Below the pieces are notes generated by a model that was not told the DNA's origin, ran no database searches, and saw only the letters and a program-made list of their open reading frames with translations. Below are positions 51,075 to 51,560 of a DNA stretch of 51,560 nucleotides, piece by piece (the first letter of the stretch is position 1; every line of letters starts with the position of its first letter). The position numbers and the translations under genes were made by a program. The DNA lies in the IMG/VR virus record IMGVR_UViG_2537561778_000008; one strand, written 5' to 3'. Source of the stretch: a virus (Duplodnaviria; Heunggongvirae; Uroviricota; Caudoviricetes).

Positions 51075-51560
51075 GTGGCACAACGCGGTGTAAACAAAGT
51101 CATCCTGATTGGTACCCTGGGGCAAGACCCGGAGATCAGGTATATACCAAATGGCGGCGCAGTCGGAAGACTCAGCATCGCAACGAATGAATCATGGCGT
51201 GACAAGCAAACGGGCCAACAGAAAGAGCAAACAGAATGGCATAAAGTCGTTTTGTTCGGGAAACTTGCTGAAATTGCGAGTGAGTATTTACGAAAAGGTT
51301 CTCAGGTCTACATCGAAGGGAAACTTAAAACCCGTAAGTGGACAGATGACGCCGGTGTAGAACGTTACACGACGGAAATTATCGTCAGCCAGGGCGGCAC
51401 CATGCAAATGATCGGCGCTCGCCGTGACGATTCACAGTCCTCAAATGGCTGGGGGCAATCAAACCAACCTCAAAACCACCAGCAATACAGTGGTGGCGGT
51501 AAACCTCAGAGCAACGCCAATAACGAACCTCCAATGGACTTTGACGACGATATTCCGTTT
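51075..51560 (+). CDS. ssb: Single-stranded DNA-binding protein SSB, 3' partial (stop beyond window)
   Basis: GTG start with AGGT SD; [20 protein letters not shown]... closely resembles E. coli SSB; acidic tail DFDDDIPF ends at the window edge. Confidence 0.85.
   Translation, partial: MAQRGVNKVILIGTLGQDPEIRYIPNGGAVGRLSIATNESWRDKQTGQQKEQTEWHKVVLFGKLAEIASEYLRKGSQVYIEGKLKTRKWTDDAGVERYTTEIIVSQGGTMQMIGARRDDSQSSNGWGQSNQPQNHQQYSGGGKPQSNANNEPPMDFDDDIPF

Overview
The window reads as a contiguous segment of a P1-like temperate phage-plasmid (Punavirus-type), wrapping through the lox origin of the P1 map. All identifications below are from reading the sequence and from my recollection of P1 proteins and gene order; no database search or alignment was run, and small-feature coordinates may be off by a few bases. 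Order along the + strand: repeat-rich ORF-poor leader, TerB-like gene with two coupled micro-ORFs, tRNA (CAT anticodon), Ban helicase, a frameshifted glycosyltransferase and an AT-rich two-gene island, a minus-strand baseplate/tail block, a long plus-strand run of small genes including a lambda-type Ser/Thr phosphatase, Phd-Doc, lpa-position gene, PacA with the pac site, PacB, an antirepressor-like gene, C1-Coi immunity, loxP-Cre, Ref, Type III Res-Mod, DarB, portal, an IS200/IS605-type TnpB insertion, protease, SAR lysozyme and a 3'-truncated SSB. At least twelve C1-operator-like sites are scattered through the window. Most promising for follow-up: the structured repeat leader (1-880), the AT-rich island with a membrane protein (4597-5760), the extra antirepressor-like module between pacB and c1 (26635-28324), the TnpB-only element between prt and pro, and the AT-rich gene where I recall P1 carrying humD. 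No single multi-gene cassette stands out as a clear novel defence system; the candidates are single genes or pairs of unknown function.
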